Shown piece by piece: positions 13,653 to 28,043 of a stretch of DNA of 64,000 bases. The stretch spans positions 348,564,001-348,628,000 of the forward strand of contig OZ024741.1 of the NCBI GenBank assembly GCA_964016885.1, in the 5' to 3' direction. Numbering within the stretch: the first letter of the stretch is position 1; each line of letters starts with the position of its first letter. A model generated the notes under the pieces. That model did not search any database, was not told where the DNA came from, and saw only the letters and a list, made by a program, of their open reading frames with translations. The DNA comes from Eledone cirrhosa. Lineage: Eukaryota. The position numbers and the translations under genes are program-made.

Positions 13653-14703
13653 ATATATATATATATATATATATAAGAATCCTCTTTTACTAATGGCTAA
13701 GGTTATAAACAATTAACAAACAGTAGGGAGCTACCTAAATCTTATAGTTTACTCGTATGGTAAAACAAGCTATATCTTGCATCCTCAATTGCACTTATGA
13801 TATTCTTCATAATTTCTAAAACTTTCCTGTTAATCGATCCAAACTTTTAAAACAGAGATTAATTGCAATCGTTAAGTAAATGGCTTGTATTAACAACAAA
13901 TATTTTCCCAATTGAATTACGAAAGAAAATGTTCGGATTGAGTGCTTATCTGTAGCACAAAGCATAAATCACTTGAATGTTATGAATGTTTCGTAAGAAT
14001 ATACATTTTTAAACAAAGGCAATTGTTTAAACTGAAATACAATAGTGTTATAATATACTGAATCTCCTGCATTAAAATCATCTATGTATATTGTATATCT
14101 ACCGTGCAACCTACAATTGTTATACTTGGGGAGGGTCATATAGTTGTAATAATATTGCCAGTTTATCTAAGGATATATTTTCAACTGTGTACCATGGTTT
14201 CGGACATACACAATCAGAAAGAAGTTTTGCTTGTGGTTTCTAGCATATCCAGCGACCATATAATGATTCTTCACATGTTTCTATTCTTTTGATTGTACCA
14301 CCCTACCCCCAACTTCCTATAGGTTGTATTTGCCGTTTCTGTTGTTGTTCTTGCTGTCGAGTGGTAGATTTGGTGGCAGAAATGATCCTAAAATACATTT
14401 AATCACTCAATAATAGAACGCTTAGAAATGTTTTCTCCTAAAATGCTTGTGTTAACAGCTCCATATATTCATTTCTCTTACAGCAAATCAAGTCACCTTA
14501 CCCTTAGCTTTTTACTTAACCACAACTTTTACAACGAATATCTAATTTTTCAACGAATTAACTGAACAGTATGACTGCGATTCAACATTGTATTTTGGCC
14601 TGCTTTATATAGCAGCTAAATCTCCTCCAAACCTCTCCCTAATGACTTTAAATGTGTAATTGTAAAATGTTATCCTAAATAAATTGTCTTGATAATTAAA
14701 GTA

Positions 14704-14960
14704 AAGGCGCATGACTTAATAGTTATGACGTTGAATTTGCGATAGTGATATCATGGGTTCGATTACTGTACAGGATATCGTGATGTTTTATGAAGCAAAA
14801 CACTGAATTTCATGTTGATTCAGTACCCTCGGCTGAGAATGATATTAATAGTAACTGCGAGGTGACCGGCGCAGGACCGGCGTCATTTCCAGGCGGAGGA
14901 CAGGCTTGTACTGGAGTCGTTTAACGTCAAAGGAACTGGATAAACACCGGGCTTGGAACA
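14704..14960 (+). mobile_element. Decayed tRNA-derived SINE, CORE-like
   Basis: A-box-like TGACTTAATAGTTA, B-box-like GGTTCGATTAC, then a CORE-like stretch TGAAGCAAAACACTGAATTTCATGTTG. Confidence 0.5.
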
Positions 14961-15955
14961 GGCTTTAACGTTTAAACTATAATGACAAAAATAAAACAAT
15001 GAATGCTTTAGTAATGTCTTTTGATCCAAGTTTTGATTGTTCATAACAGAAATTGGGGTTGCACATTACTATTTTCCGACACTGACCACTAACTATTACT
15101 ATTTCCTTAATTATATATAGGGTGTATCGTGGTAAAGAATAAGAACAATGCCTTATTGTATTTTGAAACATGGGTATGTTAAATGGCCCAAAGAGCGTTA
15201 TCACCAAATGTGCACAACCGATACCCCTAGTTTAAATAAGGACGCGTACTTGAGTGAGAATAACATTTCTCGCTCAATTACGCGTGACTGGCAACAAACT
15301 GAAGTGAATAAACTTCTAAAATTCTTTCAGATCCTATACTGCTTCCATGGATATATATTTCTGCAATTTGTTCAAGCGCTTATTAAGTAACAACGAAGTT
15401 AAATTTTCCCATTCACTTGTGAATGATATTCTTCAAGAGAAACTTCAGAAACTCTTCTCACAAGGACGTATCAATACAACCAATTTTACTTTATACCAAT
15501 AAAAAAAATCTTTGCCGACGCATTCCACCACGTTTCTCTCTGGATTTTCTTTTTACCTATGTTTATATAATACTAATAATATTAACTCAGTTACATCACA
15601 TTCCTTCAACATTTAACAAATTTAGATAGTAAGATTCTACTTTCTATATTCAGACTAATAATTCATTCTATATTTCGCTAATCTAATTTTGGAGAACTGT
15701 TATATTAGATTCCCAATATTTCTGACACGGGTTATTACTAAAGTCGTAAAGATTGATCGGGCTATTAACATCCTCATTTGTATTTCTAGCTATTTGAAGC
15801 TTCGATCTGTATATATTCCGATTGTTTTCAACTTATTACTCTCTTTTGACGTCGCTGCACATTACGTTTCTGGCTAGACTAGTTTAGACACTTACAACCT
15901 CAGACATGAACATACATCTACGCACACAGATACACACACACACACACTCTCTCTC

Positions 15956-16019
<64 letters not shown>

Positions 16020-16085
16020 TTCCTTCGTTCTCTCTTGTTTTCTCTTTCTCACACAGTATCGCATACACAGACATATACAATAGAC

Positions 16086-16138
<53 letters not shown>

Positions 16139-18290
16139 AGGACTTGGTGGTGTACATATATGCGTTTATATCTTCGTAGAAGCAATAAAATGTTTATGTA
16201 ATTTATAAACCTGATATTATGACAGTAAACTTTATTTTATTCGTTGATTCAATTTTTCCCCAAAGAGTAACTTTTACAGACAGTTGATTAAAATTTAGCA
16301 GAAGAAACTTTAAAGCATGATTGAGGTTTGAAAAAGGATTGAATCTCTGAAAATACTAACACTAACATATAACAAAAGTGTGTGTCAAATCATTGAATAA
16401 GATCCAGCACAGCAACAAATTCAATTACATTACTTCAGGATTTGCCAAATAGAATATTGGGTATATAAAAGGATTAATTTTATTGAATATAGTTTACTTC
16501 AATAGATCGAATTCTTGGAAATTATGAGACATTGGAAATATAATCTACATTAAGCAATTGATGAGATTCAATTCAATGAATTATAAGTTCTTTATGACAT
16601 CAGAGCTGTTATGCTTTTTACAAAACACACACAGTGCCCCAAAATATTTGACTCTATACTTGTTCTGACTTGAATATTATCAAATACCTGCTGAAATCCA
16701 AATTCGAGTAAAGAGGAAAATAAGCGAAGATGTGCTACATATTTGAGAATACGTAAGGCCGTGGCTAAACCAGCAAAACTAAATCACTAGTAATTGAATT
16801 TTAAGTGCACGTATTATGTGTTTGATTCCACATGTTAATCGTGGGCGAGAGAATTATATCTTTGTTTGAGAATCCCCCTACCATAGGGCAAGTGATGAAC
16901 TTCTGCAGCAAAACATAGTTGCAATGTGAAGTCTCCTCATTTGCTTGCAACTAGAAAATTGCTGGAAATAAATTTATGTATTTTCCAGAGTGGGAAGGGT
17001 GGGGTTTCTCATTAAGGTATTTTAACATTGCAAATATTTCAAGAATTACATGATTAGGAAACAAATATCAACTATTTTCTCCAATTAACTAATGACATTA
17101 TACCAGGCATTATTGTGTTATCTAAAGAGGGTGTAATACACCAACAATTTGCAAATCCAAGTAGATCATCGGATCATTAATTTTATAGTGAACGAAAGAA
17201 TGAAAGCAACGAAGGGAAGATCGTTTTATGTAAAATAACCTCTCCGCTTAAGATCTAAGTAGAAATGAATTAAACACTTATCTAATAATATTGTTAATGA
17301 ATTAAAATGTAATAAAAATATTTCTAATTGCGGAATAAAATAATAAATTAATAGATTACGATAAAACACAAAACAAAATGATGCCCTCTGCATAGGCGTA
17401 TGACTGCTAAATATAGCAGCCAAATCACCTAGTCATTTCTAGAGAAAAGAGAGATGTATATTCCATAGTATCGTCCTCGAGTACAATGTGCTTGGATGAA
17501 TACTGACTGATGCCCTAGACAATATTGCTGCACAATCAGTATAGTTCTTAGCTAAACAAAAATGCGTAACTCTAAAATTAACTGTTGAATCCTTACCAAT
17601 GAAAATGTATTATATCGAAATGTTGGCTTGAAGCATACAAGAATAAACACCAACCAATGTCGAGGACAAATATAAGTAATGAGACTTGGCTAGAACTAGC
17701 GAATAAAATGCTGAATTTCCATATAAATGTTAACCTCCGTTATACTCTTCAACTTCTGCCTTGCAACTAACCCAGCTTCCAACTATCATTCTGATTAGAA
17801 ATCAATGCTGCCTTCAGCTGTTTGCCGGCTGGATGATTGCTTGACTGCGAGGTAGTTTTCTATATTTAAATAGGCGTATGTGAAAGTGTATATGGAATTG
17901 AGTTGATGGCAGACAGAATGGCACATAAGTAGACTGTGAGGGAGAAAGCAATAGTGCAGAAATTATACGCATACAAAGTAAATGATAGCGAGACAGAATG
18001 AGGGGGAAACTGACAGAACCAGCAAAAGAAAGAGAAAGAGAAAATGGTGACTATAAAACAAACAGGCAAGCAATGAATCAAAGAAAGAGAAGAGAGAGAC
18101 CAGCAAATAAAATGAGGGTGATAAAGGAAAGACAAAGACAAACATGATGAGAGAAAGGTTCTTTCTGAACATCCTCGTGTAAAAGTGGGTTACAGATAAT
18201 GAGAGTCGCTGTTAAATATAGTATTTCGTGTGGCGCTAAATTTATTTCGAAATCTTGCCAAATTCAATAAAGGTATAGTCTCCGATGGAT

Positions 18291-18366
<76 letters not shown>

Positions 18367-18377
18367 ATGTATATATA

Positions 18378-18453
<76 letters not shown>

Positions 18454-18457
18454 GTGT

Positions 18458-18490
<33 letters not shown>

Positions 18491-18833
18491 CATTTGTGTG
18501 TGTGTGTGTGTGAGTCTGTGTGTGTATATATTTATGTTTTTGTGTATGTATATATGTATAAACATATATGTATGTGTGTCTGTATGTAAACATATATGTG
18601 CGTTCATGCACGTATGAGTTACTGGATATCTGATTTTACAAATACGAACTTGTAGGTAATTCGTTGTTTCTATTCTATGATTTCAATTATGTAAGCCAGT
18701 ATATACTTACTACCATCAGTCAGTAGGAAGAGATATATTTCAAGTCATGCGTTCATCTATATTTATTGATGTATATGTATTTAAATATGCGTATAAGTAT
18801 ATATGTAAGTATATATGTATACATGTATATACG

Positions 18834-18834
<1 letters not shown>

Positions 18835-18867
<33 letters not shown>

Positions 18868-18935
18868 TGTATGTATGTATGTATGTATGTATGTATGTAT
18901 GTATGTATGTATGTGTGTATGTATGTATGTATGTA
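18835..18935. repeat. (TATG)n microsatellite
   Basis: Direct reading of the sequence. Confidence 0.95.
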
Positions 18936-19128
18936 TGTGTGTACGTATGAATGTATGTATATATAAATGCAATGTATCTAAGTACGTGAGGATGTATGTA
19001 CGTACGTACGCATATATATACGTGTATATATATATACTTATAAATATATATATATATATATATATATAACGAAGGAAATGTGGTAAGGAACCAGGTGGAC
19101 CATAACGCACCAAAGTACTCAATACTTG

Positions 19129-19162
<34 letters not shown>

Positions 19163-19599
19163 GTTTGTATGTGTGTGTGTTTGTATATGTGTATGTTATG
19201 TGTGTGCATCTATGTGTAAGTATATCTTTTGTGGAGTATATATTTATTTGTGTTTTTTGTGACTGCTTCCATCTGTAGGATATCAGCTTCTAACAAGTGA
19301 GAATATACTTATTATAATTTGTACTATTTATTATTTATTTATCAATACATCATTTACGCTTTTAGGTTTAGGCACATTCAACATATAATCTATGCATATA
19401 GATTTAGATGATTTTATTCTATGAGTTGTCTTGCGATAAAGGCTTTTCATTGGCCTTTGTATATATCAACACCTACATCATATAATGCAGGCGAAATAAA
19501 TTTGATATATGGAAAGGTGCCTACTGTAGTTGACAAATTCACGAACAATACATATCATCACTACGTCTAGTTCAACGTAACAAATACTGATAACGCCAA

Positions 19600-20190
19600 C
19601 GCCAAAAAGTTTTCAAATCTATCCTTCTATATAGGATCGATCAAGGAAGTGTTAAAACAATATCCCGACGCTCCCGGGAAATCAGGATCAGGTAAGGACC
19701 TGCATCGATTCCTGGTATGTATATGAAGAACATTATGATACTGCATCCGTCGTATAACGTAGTCTATCTGTATTAATAACCAACAACAATATGTTACTCA
19801 TATATGCCCAGTAATTCTATTCAGAACTACGACATATCCAAAGCTTTTTAATAGCTGCTATGATATTCAGACGCACACAGAATATAACCACACTTTCCAC
19901 TACTTGAGATACACTAAGTAATCAATGCTTTCGGTTCTCTTATATGATGAACCAATAAAACCGAGTATGAAAGGAGCGAAAATCTTTGCCCTGTCAATGA
20001 ATAACCGAATTAATAAGGACTATAATCCAACATCAAACAATACGAAACACATGAGCACAAAAAGAGCAAAGCAAAATTAAGACACAATATGAGCTATTAA
20101 ACGTTGCATTAACCACAATTCCTTTACTTATTAAAATGTTTTTTAAACATGCATCATTAAACTCTATTGAAATCATTATAAGACCTAACT
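19600..20190 (+). pseudogene. Possible highly decayed PLE GIY-YIG remnant
   Basis: Scattered motifs in the expected order (FYIGS, NHTF...LS, YNPTS, LLN), ending near (TA)n. There is no continuous frame. Confidence 0.3.
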
Positions 20191-20202
20191 GCCACAGGCA
20201 TA

Positions 20203-20241
<39 letters not shown>

Positions 20242-20276
20242 GAGTGTAACTTGGAGTTACTGCATGTTCACCCGCA

Positions 20277-20318
<42 letters not shown>

Positions 20319-20625
20319 AGTGTAATTTTCTACACAAAACGAAGGTTATAGAGAAAATTGAGGTTGGTAATATATATATATATATAACTATATATATATA
20401 TATATATATAAGTATTTATGTATGTATACGTACAAACATGTATGTATACAGACGTACAGTAGTATGTATATATATACATACATGCACACATATATATATG
20501 TACGTATCGGTTTACCGAACATTTATGATAATGCTCGGTTTGTTTGTAAACAAGCAAACAGACCGAATTACGCCGTACAGTGTTTAGGCAACCATGTCAC
20601 CTTTTTGTTCAACACTGACACAGGA

Positions 20626-20668
20626 ACGATGTACTAGTTTCAAGCTTATTAGCTATCTTCAGCATCGT
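20626..20668 (-). ncRNA. Minimal type I hammerhead ribozyme motif
   Basis: Minus strand: ACGATG-CTGAAGA-T-AGCT(AATA)AGCT-T-GAAA-CTAG-T-A-CATCGT. Confidence 0.78.
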
Positions 20669-21053
20669 ATACCTTTCTGCCAGATGGTTGAACGTCTGAA
20701 AGTATATACTTTCCTTATGCATATTAACGGCTGAGCAGCCTCATTTTGTTTGTTTACAAACAAACAAACCGAGCATTATCATATATATATGTGTGCATGT
20801 ATGTATATATATACATACTACTGTACGTCTGTATACATATATGTATGTACGTATACATACATACATACTTACATTTAAGTAAGTGCCGTACTAAGAGTGA
20901 GAAATGAAATTTTGTTTCATTCTATTCCGATTATCGTCTTCGGTGCTCCCGGCCGACTGAACTCATTCGATATGCAAGTTAAGCTGCTCAGCCGTTAATA
21001 TGCATAAGGAAAGTATATACTTTCGGACGTTCAACCATTTGGCAGGAAAGTAT

Positions 21054-21096
21054 ACGATGCTGACGATAGCTAATAAGCTTGAAACTAGTACATCGT
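21054..21096 (+). ncRNA. Minimal type I hammerhead ribozyme motif
   Basis: ACGATG-CTGACGA-T-AGCT(AATA)AGCT-T-GAAA-CTAG-T-A-CATCGT. It has a 6-bp stem I, an intact core, palindromic ACTAGT and predicted GUA cleavage after 21090. The two copies differ only at N7, the free core position. Confidence 0.8.
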
Positions 21097-22332
21097 TCCT
21101 GTGTCAGTGTTGAACAAAAAGGTGACATGGTTGCCTAAACACTGTACGGCGTAATTCGGGTTGTTTGTTTTTATTTACAAACAAACAAACCGAGCATTAT
21201 CATAAATGTTCGGTAAACCGATACGAGCATATATATATATGTGTGTGAATGTATGTATATATATACATACTACTGTACGTCTGTATACATATATGTATGT
21301 ACATATACATACATACTTACATTTAAGTAAGTGCCGTACTAAGAGTGAGAAATGAAATTTCGTTTCATTCTATTCCATTTATATATATATATATAAGTTA
21401 AAACAATGAAATAAAAAAATCAAGTCATTAGTTATAAAAAAATCAAGTCATCGTTTCTAGATGATGTTAATACATTGTAGCTATACTCAGTTATTGATCT
21501 ATGTAAGGTTAGTTACAAACTATCAGATAAAGCGAATATTTACTTACATGTATATCACCAGCTGTTTTCAAAAGCAATAATAATTTTATTCCGAATTAGT
21601 AGTATGTTAGTATCATGTCCTTATTTAGAAGTAGTTTGAAGAACTAACGAATCAAATGGTTTTTTTCATATGGCGTTAAGATGAAAAGTAATATACTTTG
21701 AAAGGAATGGTTGAAGGGTGTTAATGGAAGAATTGGCATAAAAATCTATTAGGAGGGAAGGGATTGACAAACTGATGGTTGAATGTATCTGGTATAGAGA
21801 ATTTAAAAGGAATGTCAAAATAAATGGTGATTAGTGTCGTATTGAGTTTTAAGGTGAATATAAATTAAGGTTATGGCTAGGAAAGATAGTATATTAAAAG
21901 ATGAAAATTATAATAAGATAATGAAATACAGTAATGCGATAATATACAACTTAACCAACACAATATAGTAATGTGTGGTAAATTGCATTTAGTATAATAT
22001 AGCATATGATATGCTCTAAAATACTATCAAGTATGTTTATGCATAAATAATCAAACTCAGATAAATACATGTTGGCATAGTTAAAACACATACATTTGAT
22101 AGATTACAAAGTGCATATATTCACACTTTATATAGAGAGAGGTACAGTTAAATTGATATCCAACCAAACATATACATACGCACAAATAGATGCAAATCTA
22201 AATACACAGTTACACGTATGCATATAATCATATACATACATATCCATACATATCTATATCCACACATACACATCTATACCCACATATATACATATATATA
22301 TATATACACACACACTCATACATACATACATA

Positions 22333-22765
22333 CAGATATAATGTAGATTCTGGTTAGGTTTGTGGTAATGTTGATAAGTATTCGTAGAGAGGTCTAAGGT
22401 AACGTCAAAGCGATTAGCTACTTTTGAAGGGTTTTCAAAAGTCATGCTAAGGCTGTAAGACTCCTTGAGGAATTTTCTAATTTGTGTTTTCTTCTTCACT
22501 ATATTGGAATTGCTAAGATTGTTAGATAACAATAGACAATCATCCCAATAAAGACCACCTTTGAGGTGGGGAAAAGTGTCATGAATGTTATAGAGGAGAA
22601 ATAGTCCAACAAGGTCTGTAACTTGAGCAGAATCCATGGATCCCATCGTAATATCGAATAAGTTGTTATAAGTGTTTCTTGTCCAGTATTCCTCTTGCAA
22701 TTTTAGTAAGGTTTTTCTAGCGTGAGTTATGATGTTGATTTCCTCAGTAGATAAATCCGATAAAT
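22333..22765 (-). pseudogene. PLE reverse transcriptase fragment
   Basis: FDITMGSMDSAQVTDLVGLF...GGLYWDD...FDVTLDLST...YHKPN...YI. It is paralogous to the RT at 24126-24590 but clearly diverged, and it is cut by a microsatellite. Confidence 0.9.
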
Positions 22766-23304
22766 ATCATACTTACATCCAGCAATTAATCTCTAATTTA
22801 TTGTCTCTTTTATCGGACCCTCTACACGTATCTATGTACATCTCAAATCTAGCTTCCCACCAACGAATCCTTATAAGAACACTTACTCAAAAACTACTAG
22901 TATGTACTTACACGATCTCATTTATTTATTTAACTCTTTATATTTTCTATTCTCTCATATTCTTACTTTTTTATAACCCTTTCTTTTATTCTACTTTTAC
23001 TTTTTACATCTGTAACTTCTTTACCTATTTACCATACATGTATTATTATTGATGTTATTGTTTAGCGAACTCTAGACCCACATGATCAACGAAACAATAG
23101 TCAGTACTTTAAATAAAGCCCTTATTGTACAGCCAACCATGTTAATCATTCTTTAACTATTCTTACTCCAAGTATAACCTGCATAAAAATTACCGCGAAC
23201 TCGCTGCATAACTATGGAAGCATCTTGTTGAGTGAAAAAAAGCCGTACGTTAAAACTATCCACGACGCAGAGCACTCACAACCTCTAACTGGATTACCTA
23301 TAAC

Positions 23305-23748
23305 GATAACTTTTATCCCATTTCATTCCATATGAAGCTATTGTATGTATTAATATGCATCGTATACACATTTGAGGTTTTGTCCGCTTTGACACTAATT
23401 CCATTGGTAGTTCGCAGCTTGTTTAGGAATGTATTCATGTCATTCTGGAGTTTATTATGCCATCGCTTTTTGAATTTGATATTCATAATCATCTTCAGTA
23501 AGTCCTGTTCAAAGGCATCCCTTTGAGGGTTGGTAGGTGGGTTCTTACACGATTTGAAGCCGTATGTTTCCTTGTTGTATTCCACGGTGCGACCGTTACG
23601 TCCTTTGTCGAAATGGAAAGTTTTCCATCTAACTCGGCGTATAAAGTCGTTTGTTCGCTGTATCATCCTGAGGGTATAATCCTTTCTCAAAAGTATAGGA
23701 ATGTTCTTTAGGGACATACCTATGTAATGCTTTACCATAGTAGTACCG
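23305..23748 (-). pseudogene. Inverted N-terminal segment of the PLE ORF
   Basis: MVKHYIGMSLKNIP...FIRRVRWKTFHF...YGFKS...FEQDL...VKADKTSNVY...NEM is a typical PLE N-terminus. The ATG is at 23738-23736. Confidence 0.85.
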
Positions 23749-25683
23749 TATGTTAAAAAAACTAATGAGGCGACACTGATAAACATCAACAACGAGGCAC
23801 ACGATATAGTCAAACACCTAGGAATAGACCACAGAACGGAGCCACTTAGGCCATGTACCCCCACATTTAATCTCAAGGACCACAAGGTAAATGTTAATTA
23901 TAACCCCGCAATTAGACTTATGTGCCCGTCCAAATCGGACATCGGGAAAATTAGTAAACATATATTAGACAGAGTGATAGCACAAATGAAGAATAAACTA
24001 GTGATTAAACTATGGGGTAACACTACCGAAACAATTAAGTGGTTTAACAATATAGCTAACAAAAAAGTATCTAAGTTTATACAATTTGACATTAACGACT
24101 ATTACTCCTCCATATCCCCAATACCTTGGATAAAGCCTTAGCATTCGCCAAAGCCAATTCTGACCTAACAGACGACGAGATAAAAATTATATTAGCTGCT
24201 AGGAAAACAATAATTAAATTTAAAAACGCCTATTGGGAACGTAAGGATAGATTAAATAACTTTGACATCACCATGGGGGCTAACGACTCGGCTCAAGTCA
24301 CAGATTTAGTAGGTTTTTACATAGCCCATAGGTTACAGAGTGAGTTTAGCGACCTTCACGGTGGAATCTACAGAGACGACGCCCTTCTCCTAGTTAAGAA
24401 CCTAAATAACCAGAGCATAGAAAGACTCCGTAAGAATATTAGAAAGACTCTCGGGAAACTAGGCCTTAGCATAAAGTATGAGTATGAGCACTAAAACAGT
24501 TAACTTTCTGGACGCAACGCTTAACCTAAATACGGGACTCATAAGACCTTTTCACAAGATTAATGAAAACTTAGCATACATCAACTGTAACTCAAACCAC
24601 CCACTATCCATAATTAAATCCATTCCATCAGCATATCCCTTAGGATCTCTCGCCTCTCGTCTAACCGACAAATCTTCGAGTAACATGCAGAATACTACAA
24701 TACCGCACAAGACAAGACAGGCCACTTAGATACAGTAGAATATATAGATGAGAGCTTCCGCGAAGCGCGCACGACACGCATAACACAAGCTCCAGAAACA
24801 CACGCACACACGCATTTACGCATAGAACTACAATTTATACGGTAAATAGAAATACAACATCGAAATCAAACAAGTCACGCAGTAGAAAATATATTTTGTA
24901 TAACCCCATATTTAACACCTCTATTAGTACTTACCTACCCTCTACCTTCTTTAGAATAATAAATAAGCACTTTCCAGATTCACATAGATACAGCAAAATC
25001 CTTAACACTAAATCTATTAGACTATATTACTCCACGGCACCAAATATAGAGGCACACATTAAGATGCTTAACGCTAAAAAGATACATGACAACACCAGAA
25101 CACAAATTTATAACAATAACAATACAATCACCATTGAAAACAACAGAATATCTAATACACAACCACCCACTAATAGGCAAACAAAACGTAACACACCTGT
25201 ACAGGCATCGCAGCCCTCCAATAATGCCAAAGTTGCCCATGACAAGAATTGTAACTGCCACCTACCTGAAACCTGTTCATTAAATAATGAATGTATGCAG
25301 TTTAACCTGGTTTACCAATGCACAGTAGAATCAGACAATCAGAAATGGTATTACATCGGAGCGACTGGGAATACATTTAAAGCCCGTTGGTATACACACC
25401 GTTACGCAATGAGACATTCCCAGCATCGTTATATAACTACCCTTGCAAACAAGACCTGGCAACTGAGGGAAAGTAACCATCAATACACCCTAAAGTGGAA
25501 AAAATTATCGAACGCGCACCCTATCGGAGTGGTATGAGAAGCTGTCGATTATGTCACCTTGAGCTGTTCCACATTTTGAGTTCGATGAATAAGTTACTCA
25601 ACAATAAAATCGAAAGATCAATTTATTGTAACCATAGACTCAAAGAAAAGTTTTCGCACTACAAGTGCAAATCGAACCCTTAA
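23749..25683 (+). pseudogene. PLE RT-GIY-YIG ORF with several frameshifts
   Basis: LKDHK...RLMCPSKSDIGKISK, FIQFDINDYYSSI, FDITMGANDSAQ, GIYRDD, NFLDATLNL, SNHP, CNC...C...C, LVYQC...YYIGATGNTFKARW and CRLCHLE occur across track ORFs 23920-25683. Confidence 0.93.
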
Positions 25684-26507
25684 CCTCTTACTACCAACTG
25701 ACAAACTGCATATACTTAGACTTTATACCCTCTTATTTTATCTAACCCCTTTAATTACCCACAAAAACCAATACCTATATCCCTCCCTTCTTCATTCCTT
25801 TTCTATTTCTTTTTGTTTTCTCCCTTTCTTCCCTCCCCTCTTTTATGGCTATATTTTATTTTCTTCTGCCCCCCCCCCCAATAATGATTTTTATCATTAT
25901 TATTTTTATTTTTTATATATATATTTATCTCTTTATATTCCCCCCCCTCTCTCTCTCTCTCTCCATCCCTCCCAATATGAACAATTTAATTCTCTTTAAC
26001 TCACTACACTCTAAATCGATATGAAGTCTACGTATCAAAACCGATCAAGGAATCCTTCCACCTCTACCCCTCCCTCCATCTCAGTTTGTCACTCTACTTC
26101 CTAATTCTTCTCCCCCTTCCTCTCTTTCTCTATACTATTCCGTTTGTCCCGCCACTTTCTAATTCCTCTTCCTCTCTCTCTATAATAGTAAATACAATTC
26201 CAAAAAAATGTTTTTTCTATATATTAAGAACTCTTTCAAGAGTAACTTACTCACTATTTTGAAAATTTGGACGTGAACAACAATTATCAGTGAGTGGCTG
26301 CTATTTGCAGTATAGCAATATAAGGTTGCACTTACCAATGAAACGGTCGTAAATACCTGGATAAAATCATTCTCTTAATGCTTACCTGTGTTTTCTCTTT
26401 TATACTTTATACTCCAAGATTGAACGGAATTCTTACGTTGAAACCGTCCATGAAAATGGCTTTCTTAACCACGAACTGGATCACAATAAGCAATTTTCTG
26501 CTTCCCG

Positions 26508-26554
<47 letters not shown>

Positions 26555-26580
26555 ATTATATATATATATATATTTTTTTT

Positions 26581-26787
26581 TTAATTGTATAATATAAATA
26601 AATATTCAATTACTCAAGGTTTCAAGAAGTTAAACGAACGATTCTAACAGAAACGTCTAGTTCATTCATCAGATGAAATAGATATTTCATCTGATCAACG
26701 AATTAGACGTTTCATTTAGAATTGACAAATTTTGTGAAATCTTGGGTAATGGAATAATTATATTGTGTTGTTTATTATATAATTAAA
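26581..26787. mobile_element. Diverged fold-back insertion with a hammerhead-like motif in each arm
   Basis: Axis at ~26681 (TCAGATGAAATA-GA-TATTTCATCTGA). Right arm reads TATTTCAT-CTGATCA-...-GAAA-TCTTGGG-T-A-ATGGAATA (26683-26756). The left arm retains CTGATGA. Confidence 0.65.
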
Positions 26788-26959
26788 TAACTCTGTACTA
26801 TACATAGAGCATTCTTCTTTCCTTTACCTTTTCTACGGAAATAAACATATATATATATATATAGTTTTAATATAAAAGAGCTTTTATACACTGCTATGTA
26901 TTGAGTACCGTAATTATTGTTGTTACCTCCGATTCAACCCAGAATAACTTATATATACC

Positions 26960-27240
26960 AACATCGATCTTCGATCAGGCACGGGAAAATGCGCTCCGTA
27001 ACAACCCTCGCCGATAAAGCCTGGCAGCTCCGGAGGAACAATCAAGCATTCTCCCTTGATTGGCAAATTATTGCAGCTGCGCCTGTATATAAGCAAAATC
27101 ATCGATTCTGCAAGTTATGCAATTTGGAGTTATACTGCATTGTAAAGTCGGTAAACAAACTTTTGAACAGCAAAATTGAACATTCTCTATACTGTAACCA
27201 TCGTTTGAAAACGACTTTTTCTTTTTTTAAATGCATATAA
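26960..27240 (+). pseudogene. 5'-truncated PLE GIY-YIG C-terminus
   Basis: TTLADKAWQLR...LDW...CKLCNLEL...NKLLNSKIEHSLYCNHRLK closely parallels 25430-25683. A 3' region runs to the TA tract at ~27808. Confidence 0.88.
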
Positions 27241-27803
27241 TGTTACCTTTTTACACCACCGTTTGCAAATTTCTGTTTTATATGTTTATACACAAGATAT
27301 GGCTTTCTATAATAATAGTACTAAACACTGTTTTCCGGACCCCTTTAGAAATAACCTGCTACTATAATAGCCCCAATAACTTGTCTGTGACACTGTACCA
27401 CTTTGACCCCTTTTACTAAATTTTGTCCGAACAACACCACTAGAAGAATTTACTCCCCCCCCCCCAACCCTAACACGCCTCATTAAGCTAACTGCTGCCA
27501 AAACATTCTCTCCTTACAATCTCTACTAGTCTGACAGTCTTAAATCCTAAGACTCCCTCCACCTTACTCACTTCCCTCTTCCCCTTCTCTTCCTACCTCC
27601 TTCTTTATCTTTTATCTAGTGTATAAAATATTTTCATATCATTCCAATACAAAAGTCTGACGACATGATGTGTTTGCTTACAGTGTACCTTCGGTTTATG
27701 ATAATATTTTTATATTATTCAAATAGCGAGGTAACCCATACACTATAGAAATAATTGTTACCTAATAAATTATGTATACCCGCATTTCCATTTCATAAAC
27801 TTC

Positions 27804-27948
<145 letters not shown>

Positions 27949-27982
27949 CATATATATGTATATACATATATATATATATATG

Positions 27983-28040
<58 letters not shown>

Positions 28041-28043
<3 letters not shown>

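Larger units (their letters stand above)
20410..21377 (+). mobile_element. Non-coding element with PLE pLTR-like layout: inverted copy, partial direct copy, full direct copy
   Basis: 20410-20740 is the reverse complement of ~20982-21320. 20745-20928 directly repeats ~21165-21377. Both direct copies end TTTCATTCTATTCC, and a TA run follows the second. Confidence 0.88.
22770..26510 (+). mobile_element. Near full-length Penelope-like element with inverted ORF start
   Basis: RT followed by a C-terminal GIY-YIG, a pyrimidine-rich 3' region and a 3' end at (TA)n. The 5' boundary is uncertain. Confidence 0.8.

Noticed and set aside
23740-23885. First ~49 residues of track ORF 23313-23885
   Set aside because: This part is antisense read-through across the inversion junction. 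The real N-terminus begins at the ATG at 23738.
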